From IMG/VR virus record IMGVR_UViG_3300009408_000001, positions 1 to 64,000 of that record: DNA of 64,000 nucleotides. The stretch is one strand, 5' to 3'. Below are positions 9,879 through 19,234 of this stretch, piece after piece. Under the pieces are notes generated by a model, which was not told the origin of the DNA, did not search any database, and was given only the letters and a program-made list of their open reading frames with translations. Origin of the DNA: a virus. Made by a program: the position numbers and the translations under genes. Within the stretch, counting starts at the first letter, position 1; the number at the start of each line of letters is the position of its first letter.

Positions 9879-10613
9879 ATGTCTAACACACTGGTAAACA
9901 GAGGAAGTAAAATGGGCGACAACGACGAAGTAACAATCGAACACCCTCGGGACGAAGGCATGTATGTGTTCACCTACTCTACTGCGGAGCATGGCGTAAC
10001 TTCACTACGGGTTATGGATAAGAAGTTTAAAGTACCACCGAAGTCAGCCACAATGATAGTAAGGGAGAAAACGAATTACTTCCACATCATCCGACAGGAC
10101 GGTGAGGGGTTCTTGGTGGAGCAGGGTGTACCCACTCGCCTGTATCCTTGGGCAGGCGATATACTGGTCGATTACAATGGGGACGGAGGTGTACTGACTC
10201 TGGACGATGTTGGTTTGTCTACCTTCCGATTACCCAACGGGATCAAATACCCAGTTTATGACACTTGTGTGGAGGAAGCCGTTGCAGTTAGACGGTACGG
10301 TACCATCCTGTGTATTGTTGGTAGTACAGGTCAGGTGGCTTTCATTGACATGCTGGACTTTAGGGTGTTGTCGGTAGTTCAGATGGAAACACCTCTAGAG
10401 TACAGATGTGTCTTCTTAGCCAAAGAAGACATGTTCGGCCGTATTTCGGTAACACAGATGTCTAAGCCAATGCCAGGAAGTAGTTTGTCAATGAACTACA
10501 ACTTTACATCGTTTCACTTAATCCCTGGTTGGTGGAGTGGAAAGAAGGTAAGTCGGTATCTGATGTCTAAGTTTGTTTCAGCCGTGTACCGTGTACGCGG
10601 GTTCTTCAGATAG
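9879..10613 (+). CDS. Hypothetical protein
   Basis: 244-aa ORF (possible start 9912 with GAGG RBS) ending at a terminator. Confidence 0.65.
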   Translation: MSNTLVNRGSKMGDNDEVTIEHPRDEGMYVFTYSTAEHGVTSLRVMDKKFKVPPKSATMIVREKTNYFHIIRQDGEGFLVEQGVPTRLYPWAGDILVDYNGDGGVLTLDDVGLSTFRLPNGIKYPVYDTCVEEAVAVRRYGTILCIVGSTGQVAFIDMLDFRVLSVVQMETPLEYRCVFLAKEDMFGRISVTQMSKPMPGSSLSMNYNFTSFHLIPGWWSGKKVSRYLMSKFVSAVYRVRGFFR

Positions 10614-10620
10614 CATGAAC

Positions 10621-10650
10621 AGGAGGCCCTTAACGGGGCCTCCTTTTTTC
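10621..10650 (+). terminator. Intrinsic terminator (repeat family aggaggccc-ttaacg-gggcctc)
   Basis: Perfect 9-bp stem plus T tract. Confidence 0.85.
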
Positions 10651-10733
10651 TTTGCCGTTTCAGCCATTATTAAGAACCATATTACCCTAATGATAACACG
10701 CCCGTGTTATTTAAATTTTTGGAGATTTAAATT
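10651..10733 (+). promoter_or_regulatory. phiKZ-type early promoter module
   Basis: aagaaccaTATTAC (10680-10685), ataacac-gccc-gtgttat hairpin, GGAGA RBS. Confidence 0.8.
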
Positions 10734-11183
10734 ATGTCTGATGTTAAATTGTATTTGGTTCGGGGTCTACCTGGTTCAGGTAAGACCACACATGCCCATA
10801 ATAGAATCGCTGCCTTCAATGGGTCTGCGGTACTGGTCGAAGCCGACCAGTTCTTCATGAAAGGAGGACTGTACGTCTTCGACCCAAAAAGACTTAAGGA
10901 AGCACATGCGTGGTGCCTCTCCGAGGCACATCGCCACCTCCTACTTGGGAGTGACGTGTACGTGGCAAACACGTTCATCCAAACGTGGGAGATGGCACCC
11001 TATGTTAAACTGGGATTTCCGACCACGGTACTCTCCTGCAAGGGTGAGTTCACCTCGGTACACGATGTACCTCAACATGCGATCGACCGCATGAAGGAAC
11101 GATGGGACTCTGACGAGGCGATTGCCAAAGCGTTAAGGCCAGTCATGGAAATGACAAAGGCCCTTCGTGCGATTGAGGTATAG
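10734..11183 (+). CDS. P-loop kinase, AAA_33 / polynucleotide-kinase-like
   Basis: LYLVRGLPGSGKTT Walker A; EADQFF..Y.FD..L.EAH.WC; DVYVANTF..WEM.PY; HDVP..I.RM typical of this phage family. Confidence 0.85.
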   Translation: MSDVKLYLVRGLPGSGKTTHAHNRIAAFNGSAVLVEADQFFMKGGLYVFDPKRLKEAHAWCLSEAHRHLLLGSDVYVANTFIQTWEMAPYVKLGFPTTVLSCKGEFTSVHDVPQHAIDRMKERWDSDEAIAKALRPVMEMTKALRAIEV

Positions 11184-11225
11184 TACACCGTGACCATGAG
11201 CAATTGTGCCCATGGCGCATTGATA

Positions 11226-11258
11226 TATTACTGCTCTTACTGAGCAAAGGATTTAAAC
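11226..11258 (+). promoter_or_regulatory. Early promoter with 5' hairpin and RBS
   Basis: TATTAC at 11226-11231, tgctc-ttact-gagca hairpin, AAGGA. Confidence 0.6.
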
Positions 11259-12164
11259 ATGCATACATTCACAAGCTGGACAGCAGAAACCGTGCTATCG
11301 GATAACTTCTGGGAAGAGCTGAATGCCACCGCCCCTAGTCTGTTCGGGGAGGTTAAGGCCGCCTTTAGCGGGAACTACTTCCACCTTCTTCCCGAGTTGG
11401 CAGCCGATGTAATGGTGGCTTACAGCTCGCCGTGTACGATCCCATCTGCTTCCCCAGCACCAGCTGGGACTAAGGTCCCCCTCGCCTCCACCATCGGGCG
11501 TGCGGGAGGAAGCATCGTAGGCCGAGTTCGTTTAGCAAAGTATCAGTATCCTCCACAGGTCATCGAGATCATCCTCACCGGTGGTGGCAGTCTGAGAATC
11601 CAGGAGGCCCTGAAGGCGAATGGAGACACTTCCCTGACACACATACGTCAAGTCCTCACAGGCAAGTGGTCCAAATACCCCGTACAGTACCTAGCCAAAT
11701 TGCACGTTAAGTCCAAACCGACAGTATCCCCAGAGGACAAACGGGCCATGCTGGAGGCCATGGGTGGTGATCTCGGGACAATGGGGGCATTGCCTTTACG
11801 GGAGGCGGCGGAGTACTTCGCCGCAAAAACAATGGGGCCTGTGATGGCCCAGCTGATGAACACTATGTTCGAAGGAGACGACTTCGTGCCGTCACCCAAA
11901 CTGCTAGAGAAGGCAAATGAATTCTCATTAGCAGTATGTGTAGACAAACTGCTAATTAGTGAATGGGTATCCTTTTATGAGGAGAACAAGACATACGTCG
12001 AGGTGGCAGGTGGTGCGGCAGTACCACTTATTACAGAAGTACCAGAGGAAAACGATGGGGGTACGACAGTACCTCCAGCCGAAGGAACCCCGACGGAAAA
12101 GAATGCGAAACTTGACGATGAACTAATTGAAGCATTGCGGGACAGTATGTCCGGTAGGAAGTAA
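11259..12164 (+). CDS. Hypothetical protein (monocistronic early gene)
   Basis: 301-aa ORF between a TATTAC promoter and a terminator. Confidence 0.7.
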   Translation: MHTFTSWTAETVLSDNFWEELNATAPSLFGEVKAAFSGNYFHLLPELAADVMVAYSSPCTIPSASPAPAGTKVPLASTIGRAGGSIVGRVRLAKYQYPPQVIEIILTGGGSLRIQEALKANGDTSLTHIRQVLTGKWSKYPVQYLAKLHVKSKPTVSPEDKRAMLEAMGGDLGTMGALPLREAAEYFAAKTMGPVMAQLMNTMFEGDDFVPSPKLLEKANEFSLAVCVDKLLISEWVSFYEENKTYVEVAGGAAVPLITEVPEENDGGTTVPPAEGTPTEKNAKLDDELIEALRDSMSGRK

Positions 12165-12168
12165 CAGG

Positions 12169-12201
12169 ATAAAGGGGCCCTTCGGGGCCTCTTTATTTTT
12201 T
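12169..12201 (+). terminator. Intrinsic terminator
   Basis: ataaaggggccc-ttcg-gggcctctttat plus T tract. Confidence 0.85.
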
Positions 12202-12280
12202 GCCGTTTCAGCCATTATTAAGAACCACATTACCTTAATGATAACACACCCGTGTTATTTATTCTAAATGGAGATTTACC
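12202..12280 (+). promoter_or_regulatory. Early promoter module
   Basis: gccgtttcagccattattaagaaccaCATTAC (12228-12233), ataacac-accc-gtgttat hairpin, GGAGA RBS. Confidence 0.8.
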
Positions 12281-12495
12281 ATGGTTAAATCCAGCAATGG
12301 CACAACCACCACCCCATTTACTTTAACGGTTTGGAAGGCATTATTCCAAACACCCGTGAAAGGGTAGTTAATAGCATCGGCGTCCTCGTTGTGAAAGACA
12401 ATGACGTTTACGAGTTGGTCGGGGTAGCGAGGGGTGGATCCGAAGAGCAGTACCTTCTGGATCGCCGCCGTTTGCAAACCCTCTTAAGACTTTAA
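12281..12495 (+). pseudogene. Frameshifted small gene (about 71 aa if one A is added)
   Basis: The ATG frame stops after 28 codons; another frame reads IQQWHNHHPIYFNGLEG...LQTLLRL* to 12495; adding one A in atggttAAAtcc joins them. Confidence 0.6.
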
Positions 12496-12513
12496 CTGCC
12501 CCGTGAATAAACC

Positions 12514-13095
12514 ATGGGGTTATTGGAGTATATGACGATGGGGACCAAGAAGTTACCGTTAGCGGTACTTGGCGAAATCCTATCCCCTACATCAAAGTCA
12601 CATGACCTGCACCTATCGGAGGACAGGTCTACTTTTCTGTCGGTAGTTACCCTAGAGGGGTCTAACGTTAGAAAGGTAAGGACATTCCATGATGATGGGT
12701 ATGGGTATCGTGAACAAGGTACGATCGGGGTAGCTGATCCAGAGAGCTACAGAGGGGCAAGCTTCGCAACACACTGTGCAATGACAACGGGTGGTGCATA
12801 TGCCCTAGTCGGGTCTAGGATAAGTTCTGGACTGGTCCAGGTTCCGTCTCTCATCCTCTTTTGTAGGGATAGGGGTCGTTGGACAAAAACGTTTGAAGCC
12901 ATATTGCCACATGAGAAACCCGTTGAATCCAGCATGTATTCGCTAGGTGTTATGTCTGGCGGTACACACGTTTGGATGACGGTTAAATTCCGTGGGGATA
13001 ATCACCTCACAAAACATGTGTACATTTACACCGATGAATACGGATGGCACAAGTCCTCCGTATCAAAGGTACTACAGGAGAAGAAGTATGTTTGA
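12514..13095 (+). CDS. Hypothetical protein, weak FG-GAP-like repeat
   Basis: ASFATHCAMTTGGAYALVGS..LILF.R..G.W pattern. Confidence 0.5.
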   Translation: MGLLEYMTMGTKKLPLAVLGEILSPTSKSHDLHLSEDRSTFLSVVTLEGSNVRKVRTFHDDGYGYREQGTIGVADPESYRGASFATHCAMTTGGAYALVGSRISSGLVQVPSLILFCRDRGRWTKTFEAILPHEKPVESSMYSLGVMSGGTHVWMTVKFRGDNHLTKHVYIYTDEYGWHKSSVSKVLQEKKYV

Positions 13096-13972
13096 TTTAG
13101 AAAAAATGCAACGCACATTACCCGGTATTGCCAGTGACGTTTTAGGGGGGCAGCCGGATGGGATTGCTAACTCCGTAATCCTGGATGACACGCTAGGTTA
13201 TGGCCTTCCAATCGCGTACCTACAGGGTGAGTACGCTGAGGTATATTTCTACCACGAAGATTGTAACACGATTTCCTTCCTTAGAACCATCCCACTTAAA
13301 ATGGTACCCAACCCAGTGGATCTTGACATTGTTGATGACATGCTGATCGTCGTTGGTGAAAGCCTGGTCTTTATCTTGGACCTTGTTACTGGCGGGGTTA
13401 TCCGAGAACTCACCATGGGTCGAGCCCTCTTCGGTTGCATTAGCGAGGAGAACGCCGCTAACATTGCATTGACCACCACATCAGAGGGGGATGGCAGCGT
13501 GAACGGTGGTAGTGCCAACTATGACACCTTGGACATCATTGATGCGGGTACAGGGGAGTTGGTTTACTCTCCCTACTTACCAGAGGGTATGTCGACCTTG
13601 GGCGTGACACAGGTAAGTGGTGGCGGATTTGCGGTGGAGATGTCACCGGACGATATGTGTTCCAGTCGTATCGTAGTACCCGTTTACCAGAACAAACAGG
13701 GTGTTTGGAAAACACTACCCATGGGTATTCCAAAGTACGGGGTGGTTGGTAGTGAGCCACTGTTTAAGTCCGCCAGTATGGAGATTTTAGAGGCTTCCAG
13801 TCTTGCAGATACAGACTGTTACGCATACTGCCTCACCGACGACGCCAACGTCACTTGGATCTGGTTCTGTACTGAAGGTGGAAATGCGATGCCTCCCACT
13901 GCTGTCAGACGTGGAGAAAAGTGGCCTGTATGGCTCACGCACGCGCTCGGTTACGATGAGTCTGGCAAGTAA
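13088..13972 (+). CDS. Hypothetical beta-rich protein
   Basis: ATG at 13088 with AGGAGA RBS, overlapping the previous stop. Confidence 0.65.
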   Translation: MFDLEKMQRTLPGIASDVLGGQPDGIANSVILDDTLGYGLPIAYLQGEYAEVYFYHEDCNTISFLRTIPLKMVPNPVDLDIVDDMLIVVGESLVFILDLVTGGVIRELTMGRALFGCISEENAANIALTTTSEGDGSVNGGSANYDTLDIIDAGTGELVYSPYLPEGMSTLGVTQVSGGGFAVEMSPDDMCSSRIVVPVYQNKQGVWKTLPMGIPKYGVVGSEPLFKSASMEILEASSLADTDCYAYCLTDDANVTWIWFCTEGGNAMPPTAVRRGEKWPVWLTHALGYDESGK

Positions 13973-14057
13973 CACAGTACGTACGCGTACGGTGGTATTT
14001 ACCACAATCGCTCTACTCCTGGTGTGGGTAGGGCTTCCTTGGGTACTAACAGAATAG
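13956..14057 (+). CDS. Small membrane peptide (33 aa)
   Basis: MSLASNTVRTRTVVFTTIALLLVWVGLPWVLTE. Confidence 0.4.
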   Translation: MSLASNTVRTRTVVFTTIALLLVWVGLPWVLTE

Positions 14058-14064
14058 GACGGTT

Positions 14065-14160
14065 ATGAAAGGGTTACTTGTAAACCAGGTGTGGCAGTGG
14101 GCACATGTTGGGGTGGTGGTGGTGTATTTAGTCATCACGGCCATTTGGAAGTTAGTATGA
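14065..14160 (+). CDS. Small membrane peptide (31 aa, not in ORF track)
   Basis: AGGA RBS; MKGLLVNQVWQWAHVGVVVVYLVITAIWKLV; ATGA overlap with the next gene. Confidence 0.5.
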   Translation: MKGLLVNQVWQWAHVGVVVVYLVITAIWKLV

Positions 14161-14480
14161 ACACGATACTCTCTGGATTCCCGAAGGGTCTACGCTGTAT
14201 CGGGCTTTCCGAAGAAAGAGTCTACTTAGACTACCTGCCGTCACGGGGGGTGTCATTGCAGGTAGACGAAGTTCGGATGCACCTTCGGGTCTCTGAAGAA
14301 GATGCAACAACCTACGTTGCTACACGAAGTAACATGGGAGAAGTGGACTTGACAGTCCGAATCAGTACAACGGGTATTCGTTCTAGAGAGAGGTTCATCA
14401 CTTCTATGGATATCCAATCATTTTTGAACCACGTCGAAGGAACTTTTACCTTCGCACTAAACCGTATACCAAGAGGATAA
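14157..14480 (+). CDS. Hypothetical protein
   Basis: ATG at 14157 overlapping the previous stop. Confidence 0.6.
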   Translation: MNTILSGFPKGLRCIGLSEERVYLDYLPSRGVSLQVDEVRMHLRVSEEDATTYVATRSNMGEVDLTVRISTTGIRSRERFITSMDIQSFLNHVEGTFTFALNRIPRG

Positions 14481-14481
14481 C

Positions 14482-15387
14482 ATGACACATAACGAAAGCA
14501 ACATCACGAACGTAACCCCAGAAATGGTAGAAGAACTGGAAAACGAAGGGATTGGGAGCCTGTGTGAAAGTAACGAACCGCACTATCCGCCACTGAATGT
14601 CAGTGAACACAGTCCTGCCCTTCAACAACACCTCGAGGCACTGGAGGACCGTACTTACTTCGGCGGTTTGGATGCTGCGCCATGGCAGGTAGAGGACTTC
14701 ATTACCGAAGACGAATGGTTGTACAACGAAGATCCCACCGATGCGACACAGGGGTTGTCACTGTATGGTCGTCCCGATTATGGTATCGCCGCTGGCTCAC
14801 AGGGGCAGGTACTTAGACTGACCTTCGTACATGATGGCAAGGAAATTGGTACCGTTGAAAACGGCATCATGTCACAGGACCGTAATGGGAAGATCCTTGT
14901 GGATACCCGTAAGGGTCTGGTAATGTTGATTCGTCGTTCATTTGGCTCCCCAATCTGGGGCGGACAGACTACTACCGGACTGCATACTCGGCAGACAGTA
15001 ACCCTGTACCAGTACAATGTGACCTATCAGGATGAGCCCGGCTGTGTAGATACCCTCGGGTCGTACACCTTTGACATGGGGGAAGACATGCGGTACAACG
15101 GCCTTTCTGTACTTGGTCTGGAACGCATTGCGGATTACATGGACGTCTGGGATTCTGCTCACCACACAGTGGGGCATACCTTGTCAGACGCTGGTAAAGC
15201 CGAGTTGGCTATGATAGTCCAGAACCAGATCAGTGAGATCATTGCTCCCTTCCAGGTGGTTATCTCCCCTATTGTTCCAGGCAGAGAACGCACTTGGCAC
15301 ACTGTCCCAGTAGCGATTAAGGGTTTAGAACCTGACTTTGCCAGTAAACGCATTGGGCTTACACAGTCAAAGCACCGGGCGAAGTAA
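14482..15387 (+). CDS. Hypothetical protein
   Basis: 301-aa ORF, AGAGGA RBS, operon packing. Confidence 0.7.
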   Translation: MTHNESNITNVTPEMVEELENEGIGSLCESNEPHYPPLNVSEHSPALQQHLEALEDRTYFGGLDAAPWQVEDFITEDEWLYNEDPTDATQGLSLYGRPDYGIAAGSQGQVLRLTFVHDGKEIGTVENGIMSQDRNGKILVDTRKGLVMLIRRSFGSPIWGGQTTTGLHTRQTVTLYQYNVTYQDEPGCVDTLGSYTFDMGEDMRYNGLSVLGLERIADYMDVWDSAHHTVGHTLSDAGKAELAMIVQNQISEIIAPFQVVISPIVPGRERTWHTVPVAIKGLEPDFASKRIGLTQSKHRAK

Positions 15388-15390
15388 CCC

Positions 15391-15675
15391 GTGTTCATCA
15401 ACCTATCAGAGTTAGAGCTTGCTTCTGAAAACGTAGAAGCTACGGTATATACTCTGACCTCACCCGGTGGTAAAGACGCGCGGTTGTGTATAACCTATAT
15501 CAAGATGGGAGACACCGCATTGGAACCGGTAACCGTGCACGGGGTGGATGCGTTCGCCGCAGAAGAAACAAAGGAAAGAAAAGAAGCCCTGTATGCCATC
15601 GCAACAACCGGCGTACAGGAAACAACCGGATTCACAGTCAATATAACGGACTGGCTGGATGTTTTAAAGTCCTAG
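15391..15675 (+). CDS. Hypothetical protein
   Basis: 94-aa ORF with GTG start, operon packing. Confidence 0.55.
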   Translation: MFINLSELELASENVEATVYTLTSPGGKDARLCITYIKMGDTALEPVTVHGVDAFAAEETKERKEALYAIATTGVQETTGFTVNITDWLDVLKS

Positions 15676-15729
15676 GTACCTAGGCAACCTCACCGGTTGG
15701 TTTAACCGGTAACTTAAAGGAGTAACACA

Positions 15730-15960
15730 ATGTTTGACCGATGTAAGAGTGCGACAACCGTACCAGAAACTGGCGCATTTGCGGATTACCTACTGTACAC
15801 CCTGTTTGCTGTACTGTCAATGGTGTTAAGCGGGTGGTGTGCACTAGTACGTGCCTGTATCTACAAGAAGACAGTCCTGGCTGTATTGGGGGTTGTCGTA
15901 CTGCCTCTCGTGGTAGGCGTCATGGTACAACCACTCTATGTTTTCCTATTCGGGAAATAA
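15730..15960 (+). CDS. Small membrane protein (2 TM)
   Basis: AAGGAG RBS; two hydrophobic segments. Confidence 0.65.
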   Translation: MFDRCKSATTVPETGAFADYLLYTLFAVLSMVLSGWCALVRACIYKKTVLAVLGVVVLPLVVGVMVQPLYVFLFGK

Positions 15961-15966
15961 TCCAAC

Positions 15967-15994
15967 ATGACTGCCCTTTGGGCGGTCATTTTTT
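15967..15994 (+). terminator. Intrinsic terminator
   Basis: atgactgccc-ttt-gggcggtcat plus T tract. Confidence 0.75.
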
Positions 15995-16010
15995 ATTGTA
16001 CTCAGGAGTA

Positions 16011-18512
16011 ATGAACATGAAGAAACATCAGACTTACATTGGAACAAGTGTAGAAATCCTTGATCCAACAACAGCGCCTGACGGGGAAGTAACCACTACC
16101 GTTCTTTTTAATATACCGGGTACGCCTGGTTCCACGGTGGCCAGGGAAGTAACAAACCTAGATACACCCCTAGACGGAATGTGTCTGGCCCATGGCGGTA
16201 CGGCAGTGGTACACGGTGACCACTCCCTGTCAGTCATACATGTAGAGGGCAGTACCCAAACCTACGAGTTTACCCGAAAGATCACTGGGGTTGTTACGGA
16301 TGGGGCTGGAACCTGGATGTGTACCCTAGAAGCGGACAACGGGTTCATTGGCCTAGTGGACGTATCCCCTATTGTCCCGGGTACGGTAAAGTTGGTTTTC
16401 CCAAGTACACAGGAGATCCGGGAACAATTGCTCTCCACCGGGGTCAATGCTGGCGCAACGCTTGTAATTCAGGCGTTATATAACCGTGCAGTCAAGGCAG
16501 GTGAGTTAGAACCGGGTGTTTCTAGACGATCACATAACCGCAGTGACCTCACTGCCATCGGTCTACCCCACACTGGTCCTGATTGTGAGGGTGTGGAGGA
16601 AGTGAGGTACATAGGTCCAAGCGTCAGTCTTTCCCATGGGACCCTGATATACAAACACTGTGACTACACTTCGGATCCTGAAGAGATCCCCTTCTACCGC
16701 GTTCCATGTGACATTGGGGTCGGTAAGAGCAGAGTGGTACTGGTAAACGGAAACCACTTCGATGTAAGACTGCGCTCGGATGGATTCGAACCAGGTGTAA
16801 ACAGTAGGATTTATACAGAGGTAACTCCTTACTCGGTGTTACCAACACCCCAGCTAATAGCTATCTCCGAAAATGACCAATTTTGGTTCTATGAGGTAGA
16901 AGAGTTCGGTGTGGTTAACCTGGTGTTATTGGACACGGATACTTCCCGTACTAAACCGGTACTTCGTACTCGCATCAAAGATACCTGGATTGATGAGAAT
17001 GAGAACATCTGCTTTAGCTATGTTGGATACATGGCAGCCGACACGGGAGAATCCTTCGCCATCACCTTCGACAGCGATACCGGTGTGGAAGTTCCAAATA
17101 CCACAGGTACCATGTACAAACTAACCGGCCTTGAAGACACCACCCTGGAACATCTCCAGGACAACCTTCCTGGAGCCAGTATGTTAGGTACAGTAGACGA
17201 TGTAACCGGGGTACAGGCGCTAGCCAACGTGACTCCGGATGGTAAACTAAACATGTACTGGAGTGAGGGGGAGTCGGGAAACAACCGTGTAGAAAGAGCT
17301 CTGGACCTGTTCCCTGAACTAGAAGAGATGCCAGAGTCCTTTGACATCACCCTGTACGGAAATGCAGTTTGCGTCTATGGACTAGAAGACAAGTCAAAGA
17401 TCCATTGCTTCAGATTGTCCACTACCGAACCAATGGTGTCAAAGGTCATTGAGGTTAGCGTAGCCGTGGCCTTTCCAGAAACGGTATTCTGGGATGGGGA
17501 AGACCCGTTCGTGTGTTACAAGCAACCTGGGGGGTATCCTGACTCGACTAGCCTGGGAGTCATGATGACAAATGAACATGGGATACGTGGACTGTTCCAA
17601 TTGCCTCCCGCCGTACAGACGAAACCACTAACCGACTTACATACTTTGAAAAAGTGCAACCCGGCAAATGGGTTTACTTGGGACATGGGTTTGCCTGCTA
17701 AGACAGAACGTACCCAACTGGTAATGGCAATTGGGACCGCTCCATTAACATATACCAAGGTGGAAGCCAACATTGGTTTCATTCATTGCCAACGTAAAAT
17801 AAACGATGGCATCGTCCTCGAGTACGTCTGTGATGCTCCACTCCCAATCGAGGAATTGTACGTGGGTACCAGTTGTGTTATTTACCGGTCGGTTAGACGC
17901 TGGGACCTATTTGGGTTTACTCCGGTAGACGGAAGAAATAATGCAATCGTCTCTGTGGCAGGTGACGACGTGATTTACCCAATCCATAAGCGAGAATGGG
18001 AAGGGGTCTGTTGTGACGTGACGGGTAAAATCATGTTGCTGGTTAAACGAGAGGAGGAACAAACCACATTCCTGACGGTCAACTTCTTTCCAGTTACCCT
18101 GATTGAAAAGCTAGTGGTCATGGGCAAAGCTACTGTCGGTACCCCGCGTCTTGAATACGGAGAAGCTTCGGTAACCCGGGTGGTAGACGTTACCAGTGAA
18201 TATGGACAAAGTCTTACCATTTCGGTAACCGCCATTGCATCCAAGACGAACGCACCGTCCACAACGGAGGAGACAACCGGTTATTCTGATGACGAAGAAA
18301 CGGAGTATTTGGCGTTAGATGTTGAATGCCCGGGACTAGCGGGGGTATCGGAATGCAATGAACGCGTACTTAACTCCCCCCACATTCCAAGTGCAGATGT
18401 CAGGACGGTAGACAACCTATCCACCTGCGCTACCGAGACGGTAGACAGTACCCGTACCGATTCTGGAACAGGTTACACTGCTTCAGGTGATTCTGGATGC
18501 AACGCGGGTTAA
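16011..18512 (+). CDS. Large beta-rich hypothetical protein (833 aa)
   Basis: CAGGAG RBS before ATG 16011; the upstream in-frame extension overlaps a terminator and was rejected. Confidence 0.7.
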   Translation: MNMKKHQTYIGTSVEILDPTTAPDGEVTTTVLFNIPGTPGSTVAREVTNLDTPLDGMCLAHGGTAVVHGDHSLSVIHVEGSTQTYEFTRKITGVVTDGAGTWMCTLEADNGFIGLVDVSPIVPGTVKLVFPSTQEIREQLLSTGVNAGATLVIQALYNRAVKAGELEPGVSRRSHNRSDLTAIGLPHTGPDCEGVEEVRYIGPSVSLSHGTLIYKHCDYTSDPEEIPFYRVPCDIGVGKSRVVLVNGNHFDVRLRSDGFEPGVNSRIYTEVTPYSVLPTPQLIAISENDQFWFYEVEEFGVVNLVLLDTDTSRTKPVLRTRIKDTWIDENENICFSYVGYMAADTGESFAITFDSDTGVEVPNTTGTMYKLTGLEDTTLEHLQDNLPGASMLGTVDDVTGVQALANVTPDGKLNMYWSEGESGNNRVERALDLFPELEEMPESFDITLYGNAVCVYGLEDKSKIHCFRLSTTEPMVSKVIEVSVAVAFPETVFWDGEDPFVCYKQPGGYPDSTSLGVMMTNEHGIRGLFQLPPAVQTKPLTDLHTLKKCNPANGFTWDMGLPAKTERTQLVMAIGTAPLTYTKVEANIGFIHCQRKINDGIVLEYVCDAPLPIEELYVGTSCVIYRSVRRWDLFGFTPVDGRNNAIVSVAGDDVIYPIHKREWEGVCCDVTGKIMLLVKREEEQTTFLTVNFFPVTLIEKLVVMGKATVGTPRLEYGEASVTRVVDVTSEYGQSLTISVTAIASKTNAPSTTEETTGYSDDEETEYLALDVECPGLAGVSECNERVLNSPHIPSADVRTVDNLSTCATETVDSTRTDSGTGYTASGDSGCNAG

Positions 18513-18577
18513 AAACCATATTACTGTAGTGACACAATGACAATTCTGTCCGTGTCAATTAAACTAGGAGCAACACA
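18511..18577 (+). promoter_or_regulatory. Early promoter
   Basis: aaaaaccaTATTAC (18519-18524), gacac...gtgtc hairpin, AGGAG RBS. Confidence 0.7.
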
Positions 18578-19234
18578 ATGCACGATTTAAAGAACGTATG
18601 GGACCCATTGAACTTACCGGACGGTGAAACACTGCCCATCCACTATACCAAACTGGGACTTAAGGCAAGTGTAGAAAAGGGGACACCAAAGTGTACCCTG
18701 CGCATTTGGAAAGCAGGTAACGAACACATGGAAGATACCATGTTATGTTCATTTGAAATTGGACAACGTCCTATCCAAGATTCAACAATTCCAGATGTTG
18801 CATCAATCATGTCCACCGTTCCAGAGGGTTTAATTACCCAACTCAACGACCTGTCCTTTGTGGAAGTGGGAACATGGGTACCCGACGACCTGGATCCACA
18901 TGTAACCAAACATGCAAATGGCACGAATACCGTTAGATTTGTATCGGAGACATGCATTACCATTGTAGCCGAAGTAACCCATGTTCTGGAGGTACCCAGT
19001 GCGTTATCCGGTTTCTCTACATTGGCTACGCATCGGGTAGCAGCGGATGGTGTTGATGGACGTACAGGGTATGTGTCGCTGTTCCTGATAAACACCCATA
19101 CGAACGAAGGCGTAGCGGAAGCACACATGCCCGTTGGGGAAGATGACCGTGACTGGACACACGCCATGGGTTTATTAAATGACAGACTCGCACTTGTCTA
19201 TGCTCAGCTTAATACACCAGAGGAGGATTTATAG
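18578..19234 (+). CDS. Hypothetical protein
   Basis: 218-aa ORF, first gene after an early promoter. Confidence 0.7.
   Translation: MHDLKNVWDPLNLPDGETLPIHYTKLGLKASVEKGTPKCTLRIWKAGNEHMEDTMLCSFEIGQRPIQDSTIPDVASIMSTVPEGLITQLNDLSFVEVGTWVPDDLDPHVTKHANGTNTVRFVSETCITIVAEVTHVLEVPSALSGFSTLATHRVAADGVDGRTGYVSLFLINTHTNEGVAEAHMPVGEDDRDWTHAMGLLNDRLALVYAQLNTPEEDL

Noticed and set aside
15671-15710. Perfect palindrome cctaggtacctagg and adjacent accggtt hairpin
   Set aside because: Single occurrence overlapping a stop codon; no supporting pattern beyond the common intergenic hairpins.
15834-16010. N-terminal extensions in the ORF track (15834, 12992, 9182, 30083, 34255, 42052, 60930, 61339, 62154)
   Set aside because: They run through terminators or promoter hairpins; downstream starts have clear RBSs.
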